Assembly: GCF_000195755.1 (NCBI RefSeq)
Contig: NC_002937.3
Span: forward strand, 990,001 to 1,022,000
DNA: 32,000 nt
Direction: 5' to 3'
Source: Nitratidesulfovibrio vulgaris str. Hildenborough
GTDB lineage: Bacteria; Desulfobacterota; Desulfovibrionia; Desulfovibrionales; Desulfovibrionaceae
Part shown: positions 1 through 8,961 of the stretch, in pieces
How positions within the stretch are numbered: position 1 is the first letter of the stretch
Layout of the letters: the number at the start of each line of letters is the position of its first letter
Position numbers and translations under genes: made by a program
Notes under the pieces: generated by a model
The model's input: only the letters and a program-made list of their open reading frames with translations
Told to the model about the DNA's origin: nothing
The model's database searches: none

Positions 1-1203
1 AGCGATGTGCGGCGTGCCATCGCCCGGCTGCACCGTGCGGCCCCGGCTGCGGGTATCGTGGTGACCGGATGCGCGGCGCAGGTGCTGCGCGAGGAATTCG
101 CAGGACTGCCCGGCGTGGTGGCGGTGGTGCCGCAAGAGGCCAAGGCCACTCTCGCGGCGTACGACCCCGCAGCGGCCATCATGCCCCCCGTCTCGACGCA
201 TGCCGCTCACGGCGATGCCGCTACGGCGCAGGCGTCGAGTGCCACCTCTGGCGATGTCGTCCCTGCACAGGCGTCGGTCTTCCCGGACTTCCGCATCGAG
301 GGCTTTCGCCGTGCCCGCCCCGTGGTCAAGGTGCAGGATGGCTGTTCGCACCGCTGCACCTATTGCATCGTTCCGCTCACGCGGGGGGCTTCACGCAGCC
401 GCGAACCGGGTGAGGTCGTCGCAGAATTGCGTCGTCTGCTCGATGCCGGGTTCCGCGAGGTGATGCTGTCGGGCGTCAACCTGCGCCTGTACGGGCGCGA
501 CCTCTCCGGTGCGGGCGACTTCTGGGACCTGCTGCAACGGGTCGAACGCGAACTGGCCCCGGAGTGGGCCGGAAGGGCCCGCCTGCGCATCAGTTCCCTT
601 GAGCCTGGGCAACTCGGGGTACATGCCCTCGACGTGCTCGGCGGGAGCAGGCTCGTCTGCCCGCAGTTGCATCTTTCGTTGCAGAGTGGCAGCCCCGATG
701 TGCTTCGCCGTATGGGACGCGGGCACTACAGCCCTGCCCCCCTGCTTGATTTCTTGCGCGACCTCGGCGGAACATGGCCGGTCTTCGGCCTCGGTGCGGA
801 CATCCTGATGGGCTTTCCGGGCGAGAGCGAAGACGCATTCGCCGAGACGCTGGACTTCGTCCGTGCTTTGCCGCTCACATACGCCCACGTCTTTCCGTAT
901 TCGCGGCGTCCCGGCACTGTGGCGGCCTCTTTGCCGGAACACCTGCCGCAGGAGATACGCAAGGCACGTGCGGCGGCGGTACGTGACGTCGTGGCGCAGA
1001 AGCGGGCGGTCTTTGCCGAACGTCTTGCCGGGTTGCCTGCCCTTTCGGTGGTGCTTGACGGGGCGGGTGCACGCAAGGGAATATCAGAGTATTATGCCGA
1101 ATGCCGGGTGCGCCGTGTGCCGCACGGGCATGACCACCGGGCCGTGCTGACTGTTCGCCCGGTGGGAGTGGAAGCCGGCTGCGTGGTCACCGAAGCCGTA
1201 TAG
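1..1203 (+). CDS. Radical-SAM methylthiotransferase, MiaB/MtaB/RimO family (MtaB-like); 5' end cut by window edge
   Basis: The frame is open from base 1 (track ORF 7..1203). VQDGCSHRCTYCIVP carries the CxxxCxxC radical-SAM motif. An MTTase N-domain remnant (GIVVTGCAAQ) lies upstream and a TRAM-like C-terminus follows. Confidence 0.85.
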   Translation, partial: SDVRRAIARLHRAAPAAGIVVTGCAAQVLREEFAGLPGVVAVVPQEAKATLAAYDPAAAIMPPVSTHAAHGDAATAQASSATSGDVVPAQASVFPDFRIEGFRRARPVVKVQDGCSHRCTYCIVPLTRGASRSREPGEVVAELRRLLDAGFREVMLSGVNLRLYGRDLSGAGDFWDLLQRVERELAPEWAGRARLRISSLEPGQLGVHALDVLGGSRLVCPQLHLSLQSGSPDVLRRMGRGHYSPAPLLDFLRDLGGTWPVFGLGADILMGFPGESEDAFAETLDFVRALPLTYAHVFPYSRRPGTVAASLPEHLPQEIRKARAAAVRDVVAQKRAVFAERLAGLPALSVVLDGAGARKGISEYYAECRVRRVPHGHDHRAVLTVRPVGVEAGCVVTEAV

Positions 1204-1287
1204 GGCTCGTTCTCACGGCCCGGAGTATGCGCCGCTCCGTGCCGGATTCCATGGCGCGTGTCGTCATACGGCACTGGAGGATATGGT

Positions 1288-2169
1288 ATGCTGCGCAGCA
1301 TGACGGGCTTCGGCCGATGCTTCATTGAAGATGCGGGCTGGACGCAGACGTGGGAGGTTCGTAGCGTCAACGGGCGTCACCTCGATGTGAAGTGGCGTCT
1401 TCCCATGCTCCTGCGGGGGCTTGAGGCGCGTTTCGAGAAGGTGCTGCGCCGCTTCGGCACCCGTGGCAGGGTGGATGTGACCCTGTCGCTTCAGGCCCTC
1501 GGCGAGGGGATGCAGGGCGTGCGCTTCGACGCCGGACAGGCGGGTGCCATGCTCGACGCCCTGTCCGACCTTGCCGCCAGCCGGGGCGATACCTACGCGC
1601 CCGACTACAACCGGCTGCTGGGGCTGACCTTCCTGTGGGAGGACGCCGGGGCCGAACCCGATGAGGAGATGGTGGCTGCGCTCGAGGCGGGACTTGCCGC
1701 CGCGCTGGAGGACTGGAACGAATCGCGCGAGGCAGAGGCACGCGCCCTGTCGCGCGACATGGTGTCGCGGCTCATCCGCATGGACGAGTGGGTGTCGCGC
1801 ATCGAGGAACGTGCCCCCGACATCAAGGAAGAGCGTTTCACGCTGCTGCGCGACCGTCTCTCTGAAGCGCTCGAGGGCATGGGCTCATCGCTGGAGGAAG
1901 GGCGCTTCCTGCAGGAGATGACCTTGCTCGCCGACAAGCTTGATGTCAGCGAGGAACTCACGCGGTTGCGCGCCCACCTCGACCGCCTGCGTGAACTGCT
2001 CGATGGCGGCGGCGATGCGGGCAAGCGGCTCGATTTCACGTTGCAGGAGTGCTTCCGCGAGATCAACACGTGCGGCAACAAGATTCAGGACGCGCAGATT
2101 TCGCGCCTTGTGGTCGATTTCAAGAACGAACTCGAAAAGTGCCGCGAACAGGTACAGAACATCGAATGA
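1288..2169 (+). CDS. yicC: YicC-family protein
   Basis: N-terminus [10 protein letters not shown] and C-terminal [20 protein letters not shown] are typical of YicC. GGAGGA lies 6 nt upstream of ATG 1288. The track ORF starts at an upstream GTG at 1258. Confidence 0.85.
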
Positions 2170-2426
2170 CCATGCAGGGCAACAAGCTCGTCAATCTCGG
2201 TTTCGGCAACTTCGTGGTCGCCTCGCGCGTGGTGTCCATCGTGGACCCCGACTCATCGCCCATGAGGCGTCTGCGTGAGGATGCCCGCGACCAGGGGCGT
2301 CTCATCGACGTGACGCAGGGCCGCAAGACGCGCTCCATCATCATCACCGATTCGAATCATGTGATCCTCTCCGCCATACAGACGGAGACCATGGGCCAAC
2401 GCTTCACGCAGGAGGACGAAGACTGA
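2166..2426 (+). CDS. remA: DUF370 / RemA-family small regulatory protein
   Basis: [66 protein letters not shown] aligns closely by eye with Bacillus RemA. The ATG overlaps the yicC stop (ATGA). The yicC-remA-gmk order is conserved. Confidence 0.85.
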
Positions 2427-3049
2427 TGGGTCGAGAACGCTCCGGCATCGTGCTGGTGCTGTGCGCCCCTTCGGGGACCGGCAAGACCACCCTGACCAGA
2501 AGGCTGCTGACGGAGTTTCCGCGTTTCGCCTTCTCGGTCTCCTACACCACGCGTAAACCCCGCAATGGCGAGGTGGACGGCAAGGACTACCATTTTGTCA
2601 CCGTGGAGGCGTTCCTGCGCCTGCGCGACGCCGGATTCTTCGCCGAATGGGCCGAAGTGCACGGCAACTTCTACGGTACGCCCCTCAAAGCCACACTCGA
2701 CCTTCTTGATGAAGGCCGCGACGTACTCTTCGACATCGACGTGCAAGGTGCGCGGCAGTTGCGTGCAAGCCTGCAACGCGGGCGCTACGTCTTCATCATG
2801 CCGCCATCGCGCGACGAACTCGAGCACAGGCTGAGGGCGCGCGGCACCGACGACGAGGAGACCATAGCCCGCCGTCTCGCCAACGCGGCCAAGGAACTGC
2901 GCGAGGCGCGCCGCTTCGATGCGTGGATAGTCAACGACGACCTCGAACGCGCCTACGATGAGTTGCGTGCCGCCTACATCGAGGAGACGCTGTCCCCGGA
3001 ATGCCGTTCGGCGTTCCTTGACGGATTGCTGCAGGGGTGGAACGACTGA
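2426..3049 (+). CDS. gmk: Guanylate kinase
   Basis: P-loop [32 protein letters not shown] and typical length (207 aa). The start overlaps the remA stop (TGATG). Confidence 0.95.
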   Translation: MGRERSGIVLVLCAPSGTGKTTLTRRLLTEFPRFAFSVSYTTRKPRNGEVDGKDYHFVTVEAFLRLRDAGFFAEWAEVHGNFYGTPLKATLDLLDEGRDVLFDIDVQGARQLRASLQRGRYVFIMPPSRDELEHRLRARGTDDEETIARRLANAAKELREARRFDAWIVNDDLERAYDELRAAYIEETLSPECRSAFLDGLLQGWND

Positions 3050-3756
3050 TGGCCGAACTCGTTGTCGCACTGGATTTTCCCGCCGCAGACGTGGCGGTGG
3101 ACATGGCAGGCAGACTCCGCGGCACCGCGCCGTGGATGAAGGTAGGCCTCGAACTCTTCTGCGCCGCAGGTCCCGATGTCGTGCGTGCCGTGGCAGACCT
3201 CGGCTTCAGGGTCTTTCTCGACCTCAAGTTCCACGACATCCCCAACACGGTGCGCGGTGCGGTGCGTTCGGCGGTGCGTTCCGGGGCGGACATGGTCAAC
3301 ATCCATCTCATGGGCGGCGAACGTATGGCCCGTGCCGCCGTGGAAGGTCTGCACGAGGGTGCCCAGACGACGGGTTCCGTACCGTTGCTCTTCGGGGTGA
3401 CCGTGCTCACCAGCACCGCACAGGGTGAACTGCCGGGCATTTCGACGGACATAGGCGAGTACGCCGCCTCTCTCGCGGCATCCGGTGCTGCGTGGGGCTT
3501 GAACGGGGTCGTCTGTTCGGGGTATGAAGTGGAGAGCATCAAGAAGCGTTGCGGCGCATCGTTCCTGTGCCTCACTCCGGGCATCCGTCCCGGTGGCGGG
3601 GCAGGGGGTGACGACCAGCGCCGGGTGATGACACCCGCACAGGCGGTGTCCGCCGGTTCTGACTACCTCGTTGTGGGCAGGCCCGTGACTGGGGCTGCCG
3701 ACCCCGCTGCCGCAGCGCGCGCCATCATGGCGGAGATGGCTGCGGTCAGGCGATAG
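3049..3756 (+). CDS. pyrF: Orotidine 5'-phosphate decarboxylase
   Basis: VALDFP..., the [11 protein letters not shown] signature and [14 protein letters not shown] 3049 overlaps the gmk stop (TGATG). The track ORF starts at GTG 3037. Confidence 0.9.
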   Translation: MAELVVALDFPAADVAVDMAGRLRGTAPWMKVGLELFCAAGPDVVRAVADLGFRVFLDLKFHDIPNTVRGAVRSAVRSGADMVNIHLMGGERMARAAVEGLHEGAQTTGSVPLLFGVTVLTSTAQGELPGISTDIGEYAASLAASGAAWGLNGVVCSGYEVESIKKRCGASFLCLTPGIRPGGGAGGDDQRRVMTPAQAVSAGSDYLVVGRPVTGAADPAAAARAIMAEMAAVRR

Positions 3757-3888
3757 CGGGCGATAGCAGGCGGGGCTGGCAGGGCATACCCGGTCGCGCA
3801 CAGGTCTGACGGTCTGCCCCGGATGCGGTTGCCGCGATGAAGACGCCGAACGAGTTGGTCACACACGTTGCCACGCAAGGAGCGCACA

Positions 3889-4746
3889 ATGACACAGACG
3901 CCCGTAACCCTTGACCAGAAGGTCGGTGAGAAGCGCGACCGCATGCGGGGTGTCTTCTCGACGCAGGAGATAAGGAAGGTCGGCACGGGCACCACAACCC
4001 GCAAGACCATCCAGAAGTCGTTCTGGTACGTCGACGAGGGTGACGACGGTGTCATCGAGGTGCAGCCGCTGAACAGCAACTACGTGCCCTCCGGCCCCAA
4101 GCGCAAGATCGACCGTGACGAACTGCTCGACAAGTTCGCACCCGAGCCCGAGTTCTATGTCCAGACGGTCTTCCCGAAGATGCGTGAGCTCAACAAGACC
4201 ATCGCCCGCGCCGACAGGCATCGCCAGAAGGGCGAGACGTTCAGTGCCGAGTTCGAATACAACAACGCCCTGAAGGTCGACGAGGAGAATGTACGCGCCA
4301 ACTTCGGCATCGGCCTCACGTATCTCGAGCGCGGCGAGACGGACAAGGCGGACAACATCTTCGAGCGGCTGGTCAAACTGGATGCGGCGTTCGAGGAAGA
4401 GCACAAGCACCTTTTCAACGAGTTCGGCATCAACCTGCGCAAGAGCAAGATGTACGATCAGGCCGTGGAATACTATGGCAGGGCGCTTGAACTCTCACAG
4501 GGTGACGAGAACCTGCACCTCAACGTCGCCCGCGCCTATCTGGAGAAACAGGACTTTCCACATTGCCTCGAGCACGTCCTGCGTGCCCTCATGATCAACC
4601 CCGCCCATGAGGCCGGGCTCAAGTTCCTCGCCTGGATGGAGGCCAAGAAGCTGGTGCCCGAAGACCAGCGCGCCGCCGTCGCCGAGGCGGTCGCCCGTGC
4701 CCGCTCCACTGGCGGGACTCCCGCGTCTGCAGCGAACGAGGGCTGA
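3889..4746 (+). CDS. TPR-repeat protein with uncharacterised N-terminal domain
   Basis: AAGGAG lies 6 nt upstream of ATG 3889. The C-terminal half has TPR-like helices (GIGLTYLERGETDKADNIFERLVKLD; AVEYYGRALELSQGDENLHLNVARAYLEK). Confidence 0.7.
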   Translation: MTQTPVTLDQKVGEKRDRMRGVFSTQEIRKVGTGTTTRKTIQKSFWYVDEGDDGVIEVQPLNSNYVPSGPKRKIDRDELLDKFAPEPEFYVQTVFPKMRELNKTIARADRHRQKGETFSAEFEYNNALKVDEENVRANFGIGLTYLERGETDKADNIFERLVKLDAAFEEEHKHLFNEFGINLRKSKMYDQAVEYYGRALELSQGDENLHLNVARAYLEKQDFPHCLEHVLRALMINPAHEAGLKFLAWMEAKKLVPEDQRAAVAEAVARARSTGGTPASAANEG

Positions 4747-4750
4747 AGCC

Positions 4751-5608
4751 ATGACCGATGCGCAGGGGTTTCTTGACGAACTGGCACGAAAGCCACCGAA
4801 GTTGCCGTTCGACCCGGGGTTGCTGCGCGAGGTGCTGAAGCTCACATCGGATGATTCCCGCGCCCCTGCCAACCGGCTGGCCGAAGTGGTGGGGCGCGAT
4901 CAGGCCCTTTCCACACGGCTGCTGCGCATGGCCAATTCGGCCTATTACGGGCTCCAGTCGGAGGTACCGTCGGTGCAGCGGGCCGTGGCGGTGCTGGGCA
5001 TGGCCGAGGTACGTGCCCTGATTCTCGCAGTGGCGGCCTCCGGCATCGCTGGCAGGCGCAATCTGCCAGCCACGTTCGACCTTTCCGGGTACTGGCGGCA
5101 TCAGCTGTGTGTGGCGGCCTGCTGTCGCATGTTAGCCCGGCGCGTGTCTCCCGGTGAGGCCGATGTGCTCTACACTGCGGGGCTACTGCACGATATCGGC
5201 AAGCTGCTCATGGCGGGGCTGTGTCCTGACGCGTGGCAGGCGGTGCAGGCGCTCATGGCTGAAGAGCACCTTGAGACTGCCGAGGCAGAAGAGCGCCACT
5301 GGGGACTCGATCATGGCGTCATCGGTGCAAGGCTGCTGTCATACTGGGATCTTCCGCCCGCACTGACAGAACCCGTCAACTGGCATCATGCCCCGCAGTA
5401 TGCGGGGGCTTACGAGCGCAACGCCCGGCTTCTCAACCTCGCCGACCGGCTTTTGCTGATGTACGAGCGCGGCGACGGGGTCATGCCTGTGACGCTGGCT
5501 GACGACCTTGCCACGTTCGGGCTCGATGCCCATGTCATGGCAGCGGACCTTTCGGTACTTCTCGAAGGCGAACGCATCGGGCAACTCGTCGCCCATCTCG
5601 CCGCATAA
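4751..5608 (+). CDS. HDOD-domain signalling protein
   Basis: LLRMANSAYYGL, SVQRAVAVLG and AGLLHDIGKLL are typical HDOD strings. ATG 4751 lies 4 nt after the TPR gene stop. The upstream part of track ORF 4607.. overlaps the TPR gene in another frame. Confidence 0.85.
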   Translation: MTDAQGFLDELARKPPKLPFDPGLLREVLKLTSDDSRAPANRLAEVVGRDQALSTRLLRMANSAYYGLQSEVPSVQRAVAVLGMAEVRALILAVAASGIAGRRNLPATFDLSGYWRHQLCVAACCRMLARRVSPGEADVLYTAGLLHDIGKLLMAGLCPDAWQAVQALMAEEHLETAEAEERHWGLDHGVIGARLLSYWDLPPALTEPVNWHHAPQYAGAYERNARLLNLADRLLLMYERGDGVMPVTLADDLATFGLDAHVMAADLSVLLEGERIGQLVAHLAA

Positions 5609-5637
5609 CGCACGTTCTCTTCACACCTTCCCGGTGC

Positions 5638-7380
5638 ATGGCATCGGCACATACATACGGACACATGAAACGCTGGATATACCGACCGGAGGTGGAAGGC
5701 GCACTGCCGCCATCCGCCTCTCTCGCCGAACGTCTCGGCATCTCGGACCTGCTGCTTCGCCTGTTGCTGCGGCGCGGCCTTTCATCCGTTCAGGATATGG
5801 ACGTCTACCTCAGCCCGCAGTTGCGCCACCTCGCCCCGCTGGAGGAATGGCCCGGCCTTGCTGAAGCGGCTGGCGTCATCACGGCGGGCATCACCGCCGG
5901 GATGCCCTTTGCCGTATGGGGCGACTATGACGTGGACGGGGTGACCTCCACAGCCCTTGTGCATGACGTACTCGAGTTCCATGGCGTGGATGTGCGCCAC
6001 CATCTCCCCGACCGGCGGGCCGAGGGCTACGGGCTGAATGTGGAGTGGATAGAGAGGCTCGCTGCCGATGGGGTGCGTCTGCTTCTCACGGTGGACTGCG
6101 GCATATCCGATGTCGTGCCCATCTCACGAGCCCGTGAACTGGGCATGACCGTGGTCGTCTCCGACCACCACCTGCCGCCGGAGGTCTTGCCGCCCGCCCA
6201 TGCCATCTGCAATCCGCGTCTCGCCTGTTGTCCGTGTCCGGCGCTGGCGGGCGTGGGGGTCGCGTTCTTCGTCATGGCGGCGGTCAATGCCGCATTGGGA
6301 GAACGCTCCGGCAGGCGTTACGACATGCGCGAGGTGCTCGACCTTGTGGCGTTGGGGACGCTGGCGGATGTGGTCGACCTCGGTGGTCAGAATCGCATCC
6401 TCGTCAAGAACGGACTCCTGAAAATAGCCGAAGCCCGCAGGCCGGGCATGGCGGCGCTCAAGGCGGTTGCGGGCTACAATCCATCGGCCTCGCTGGGGGC
6501 GGGGCAGGTGGTGTTCGGGCTTGCGCCGCGCATCAATGCGGCTGGTCGCCTTGGCGAGGCGGAGATGGCACTGCAACTGTTGCGTGCCCGCAAACATGGT
6601 GAGGCGGCGCAGCTTGCGCAGCGCCTTGACGCCATGAACACCGACCGCCGTGTGGAGGAGGACCGCATCCTCGAAGAGGCGAAACGGCAGGCCGAGTCGC
6701 AAGCCGCGTCGCGCATGGGGTTCGTGCTCCATGGCGAGGACTGGCACCCCGGCGTCATCGGCATCGTCGCCTCGCGCATCGTGGAGGCCTACTACAGGCC
6801 CACACTCATCCTGTGCACAGAAGGGGAGACGTTGAAGGGGTCGGGGCGTTCGGTGTCGGAATTCGACCTGCATGCAGGGCTTTCACAGTGCGCCGACCTG
6901 TTCCTTGGCTTCGGGGGGCACAGGCAGGCCGCCGGCATGAGCCTGAAGACCTCGGCGCTCGATGCATTGCGCGAACGGTTCGATACCGTGGTGCGTCAGG
7001 CCCTCGGCGATACGCCGTTGACGGCATCGCTGAAGCTGGATGGCGACCTCGGCTTCGAGCACGCTTCGGATTTCACGGTGCTCAAGGAACTCGAGATGTT
7101 GCAGCCTTTCGGCACAGGCAACGCCGAACCCGTCTTCGCGTCGCCTCCGCTTCTTGTGCGCGGGTTGCGACGCTTCGGCAAGGCACGGGAACATGTGGAA
7201 CTCGAACTCACCGACGAGTCGTGCGGGGTGACGCTGCATGCCAAGGCATGGCGGCAGTCCGGAGAATTCTCCGACAGGCTGCGTGGAACGCGGATACGCC
7301 TCGCCTACACGCCGCGCATCGACAGGTATTCCGGTGCGGCGTCCGTCGACTTGCGGATACGAGACTGGCAACCCGCGTGA
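5638..7380 (+). CDS. recJ: Single-stranded-DNA-specific exonuclease RecJ
   Basis: DHH-family motifs GDYDVDG, TVDCG, VVSDHH and FGGHRQAAG, with the expected length. The start is uncertain (ATG 5638 or ATG 5665). Confidence 0.9.
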   Translation: MASAHTYGHMKRWIYRPEVEGALPPSASLAERLGISDLLLRLLLRRGLSSVQDMDVYLSPQLRHLAPLEEWPGLAEAAGVITAGITAGMPFAVWGDYDVDGVTSTALVHDVLEFHGVDVRHHLPDRRAEGYGLNVEWIERLAADGVRLLLTVDCGISDVVPISRARELGMTVVVSDHHLPPEVLPPAHAICNPRLACCPCPALAGVGVAFFVMAAVNAALGERSGRRYDMREVLDLVALGTLADVVDLGGQNRILVKNGLLKIAEARRPGMAALKAVAGYNPSASLGAGQVVFGLAPRINAAGRLGEAEMALQLLRARKHGEAAQLAQRLDAMNTDRRVEEDRILEEAKRQAESQAASRMGFVLHGEDWHPGVIGIVASRIVEAYYRPTLILCTEGETLKGSGRSVSEFDLHAGLSQCADLFLGFGGHRQAAGMSLKTSALDALRERFDTVVRQALGDTPLTASLKLDGDLGFEHASDFTVLKELEMLQPFGTGNAEPVFASPPLLVRGLRRFGKAREHVELELTDESCGVTLHAKAWRQSGEFSDRLRGTRIRLAYTPRIDRYSGAASVDLRIRDWQPA

Positions 7381-7433
7381 TGCTGTCATGAGTACGGCTG
7401 GCTAGCTGGCCAATGGGCGGAAGGCCATCAATC

Positions 7434-7480
7434 CCCGGCGCACAGGCAGTCGATGCCGCGTGTGCCGGGTTTCTTTCTTC
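7434..7480 (+). terminator. Putative intrinsic terminator after recJ
   Basis: A 10-bp stem pairs 7434-7443 with 7460-7469 (one G-U). The loop is 16 nt and is followed by TTTCTTTCTTC. The element lies in the convergent recJ/lipA gap. Confidence 0.55.
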
Positions 7481-8375
7481 AGGCAGGTTCCGTGCGGAGG
7501 GTGCACAGGGCGTTATAGGCGCTTTCGGCGTTGTAGCTGCTACGCACCAGCGGTGCGGAGAACACGAAGGGAATGCCCATGCCCCGGCCACACGCGGCGA
7601 AGCTTTCGAAAGTATCAGGATGCACGTAGCGTTCGACGGGGGGATGCTGGCGCGAAGGGCGCATGTACTGCCCGATGGTGACGATGTCACAGCCGCAATC
7701 GGCGAGGTCGGCGAGAACCCCCTCGACCTCTGTGTCATTCTCGCCAAGGCCGACCATGAGTCCACTCTTGGCCACGCCACCTGCAGCCTTCACACGTCGC
7801 AGCAGTTCGAGGCTTTGCCTGTAGTCGGCCTGCGGGCGGATGCGGGCGTAGTGTGCGGGGGGGGTCTCCACATTGTGGTTCACGATATGCGGTGCAGCCG
7901 CCATGACAGTGCGCAAGGCTGCATGGTCGCCCCTGAAGTCGGGAATGAGGACTTCGACCGTGGCGGCGGGCAACGCTGCGCGAAGCCGTGTGATGGTGGC
8001 GGCGAAGTGTGCCGCCCCGCCATCGTCGAGGTCGTCGCGCGTCACGGACGTGACGACCACATGCCGCAGGGCGAGTCGTGCCGCAGCCTCGGCGACGCGC
8101 CGGGGTTCATCGGGGTCTGGCGGGGACACATGGCCCGGCGTGATGTTGCAGAACGCGCAGTTGCGGGTACAGACGTTGCCGAGGATGAGGAAGGTGGCCG
8201 TGCCCGACGAGAAGCACTCGAACATGTTCGGGCACTTGGCGCTGTTGCATACGGTGTTCAGCCCGAGCCCTTCGACCAGTGCGCGGGTGTCGGCAAAGGT
8301 GTGGCTACAGGGCAGCTTCACCCGCAGCCACGGCGGGATGCGTAAAGATGGCGAGGAATTGTCGGGTGAGGACAT
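7479..8375 (-). CDS. lipA: Lipoyl synthase
   Basis: Auxiliary-cluster motif [12 protein letters not shown] and radical-SAM motif [14 protein letters not shown] lies 6 nt upstream of ATG 8375. Confidence 0.95.
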   Translation of the reverse strand: MSSPDNSSPSLRIPPWLRVKLPCSHTFADTRALVEGLGLNTVCNSAKCPNMFECFSSGTATFLILGNVCTRNCAFCNITPGHVSPPDPDEPRRVAEAAARLALRHVVVTSVTRDDLDDGGAAHFAATITRLRAALPAATVEVLIPDFRGDHAALRTVMAAAPHIVNHNVETPPAHYARIRPQADYRQSLELLRRVKAAGGVAKSGLMVGLGENDTEVEGVLADLADCGCDIVTIGQYMRPSRQHPPVERYVHPDTFESFAACGRGMGIPFVFSAPLVRSSYNAESAYNALCTLRTEPA

Positions 8376-8961
8376 CCTTGACCTCCTGCATGGTGACTGA
8401 GTCGTCGTCCAGTTCGCGGTGGAGTGATGTGGCCTCCGCGTCGGGAAGGCCGCAGAGCGTGATCAGATTGAAGAGGGACAGGTCGCGCCCCACGTTGAGG
8501 GCGAGACCGTGGTAGGTCGTCCAGCGGCGCACGGCGACGCCGATGGAGCAGATCTTGCGGTTGTCGATCCACACACCCGGGCGTCCCTCATGCCGTGAGG
8601 CCTCAAGGCCGAAGGTGTGAAGGGTTCGCAACACGACTTCTTCGAGGTCATGGAAGAAGCTGCGTAGTCCCCCCGGTCGTCTTTCGATGCGGAAGACCGG
8701 ATAGGCAACCAGTTGCCCCGGAAAATGGCAGGTGATGTTGCCACCTCGCGACGACTGGGCGAGTTCGATGCCCCGTTCGGCGAGAAAGCCACGCCCCGCG
8801 TGCAGGTTCTCAATGCCGCCGTTGCGGCCCAGCGTGATGACGGGCGGGTGTTCGACGAGATAGAGGGTGTCTTCGCCCCCTGTCGAAACCTCGCCGAGGC
8901 GGGCCGTCTGCACGGCCTCCGCCTCGGCGTAGGAAAGTGAACCGAGATCAATCGTCAGCAT
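8305..8961 (-). CDS. lipB: Octanoyl-[ACP]:protein N-octanoyltransferase
   Basis: [24 protein letters not shown] and KICSIGV are LipB-family strings. The preferred start is ATG 8961 ([11 protein letters not shown]); the alternative is ATG 8994. The 3' end overlaps lipA by 71 nt. Confidence 0.85.
   Translation of the reverse strand: MLTIDLGSLSYAEAEAVQTARLGEVSTGGEDTLYLVEHPPVITLGRNGGIENLHAGRGFLAERGIELAQSSRGGNITCHFPGQLVAYPVFRIERRPGGLRSFFHDLEEVVLRTLHTFGLEASRHEGRPGVWIDNRKICSIGVAVRRWTTYHGLALNVGRDLSLFNLITLCGLPDAEATSLHRELDDDSVTMQEVKDVLTRQFLAIFTHPAVAAGEAAL

Noticed and set aside
391-1076. Minus-strand and alternate-frame ORFs inside the methylthiotransferase gene
   Set aside because: They are antisense or out of frame relative to a gene with a radical-SAM motif, and their translations are low-complexity.
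2357-3801. Minus-strand ORFs 2357..3070, 2931..3584 and 2974..3801
   Set aside because: They are antisense to gmk and pyrF, both of which have clear catalytic motifs.
3846-3861. TGGTCACACACGTTGC upstream of the TPR gene as a sigma54 promoter
   Set aside because: The GG to GC spacing is 11 nt rather than the required 10 nt, and the element is only 28 nt from the ATG.
7413-8345. 310-aa plus-strand ORF (and 7873..8400)
   Set aside because: It is antisense to lipA, which has both Cys cluster motifs and a strong SD.
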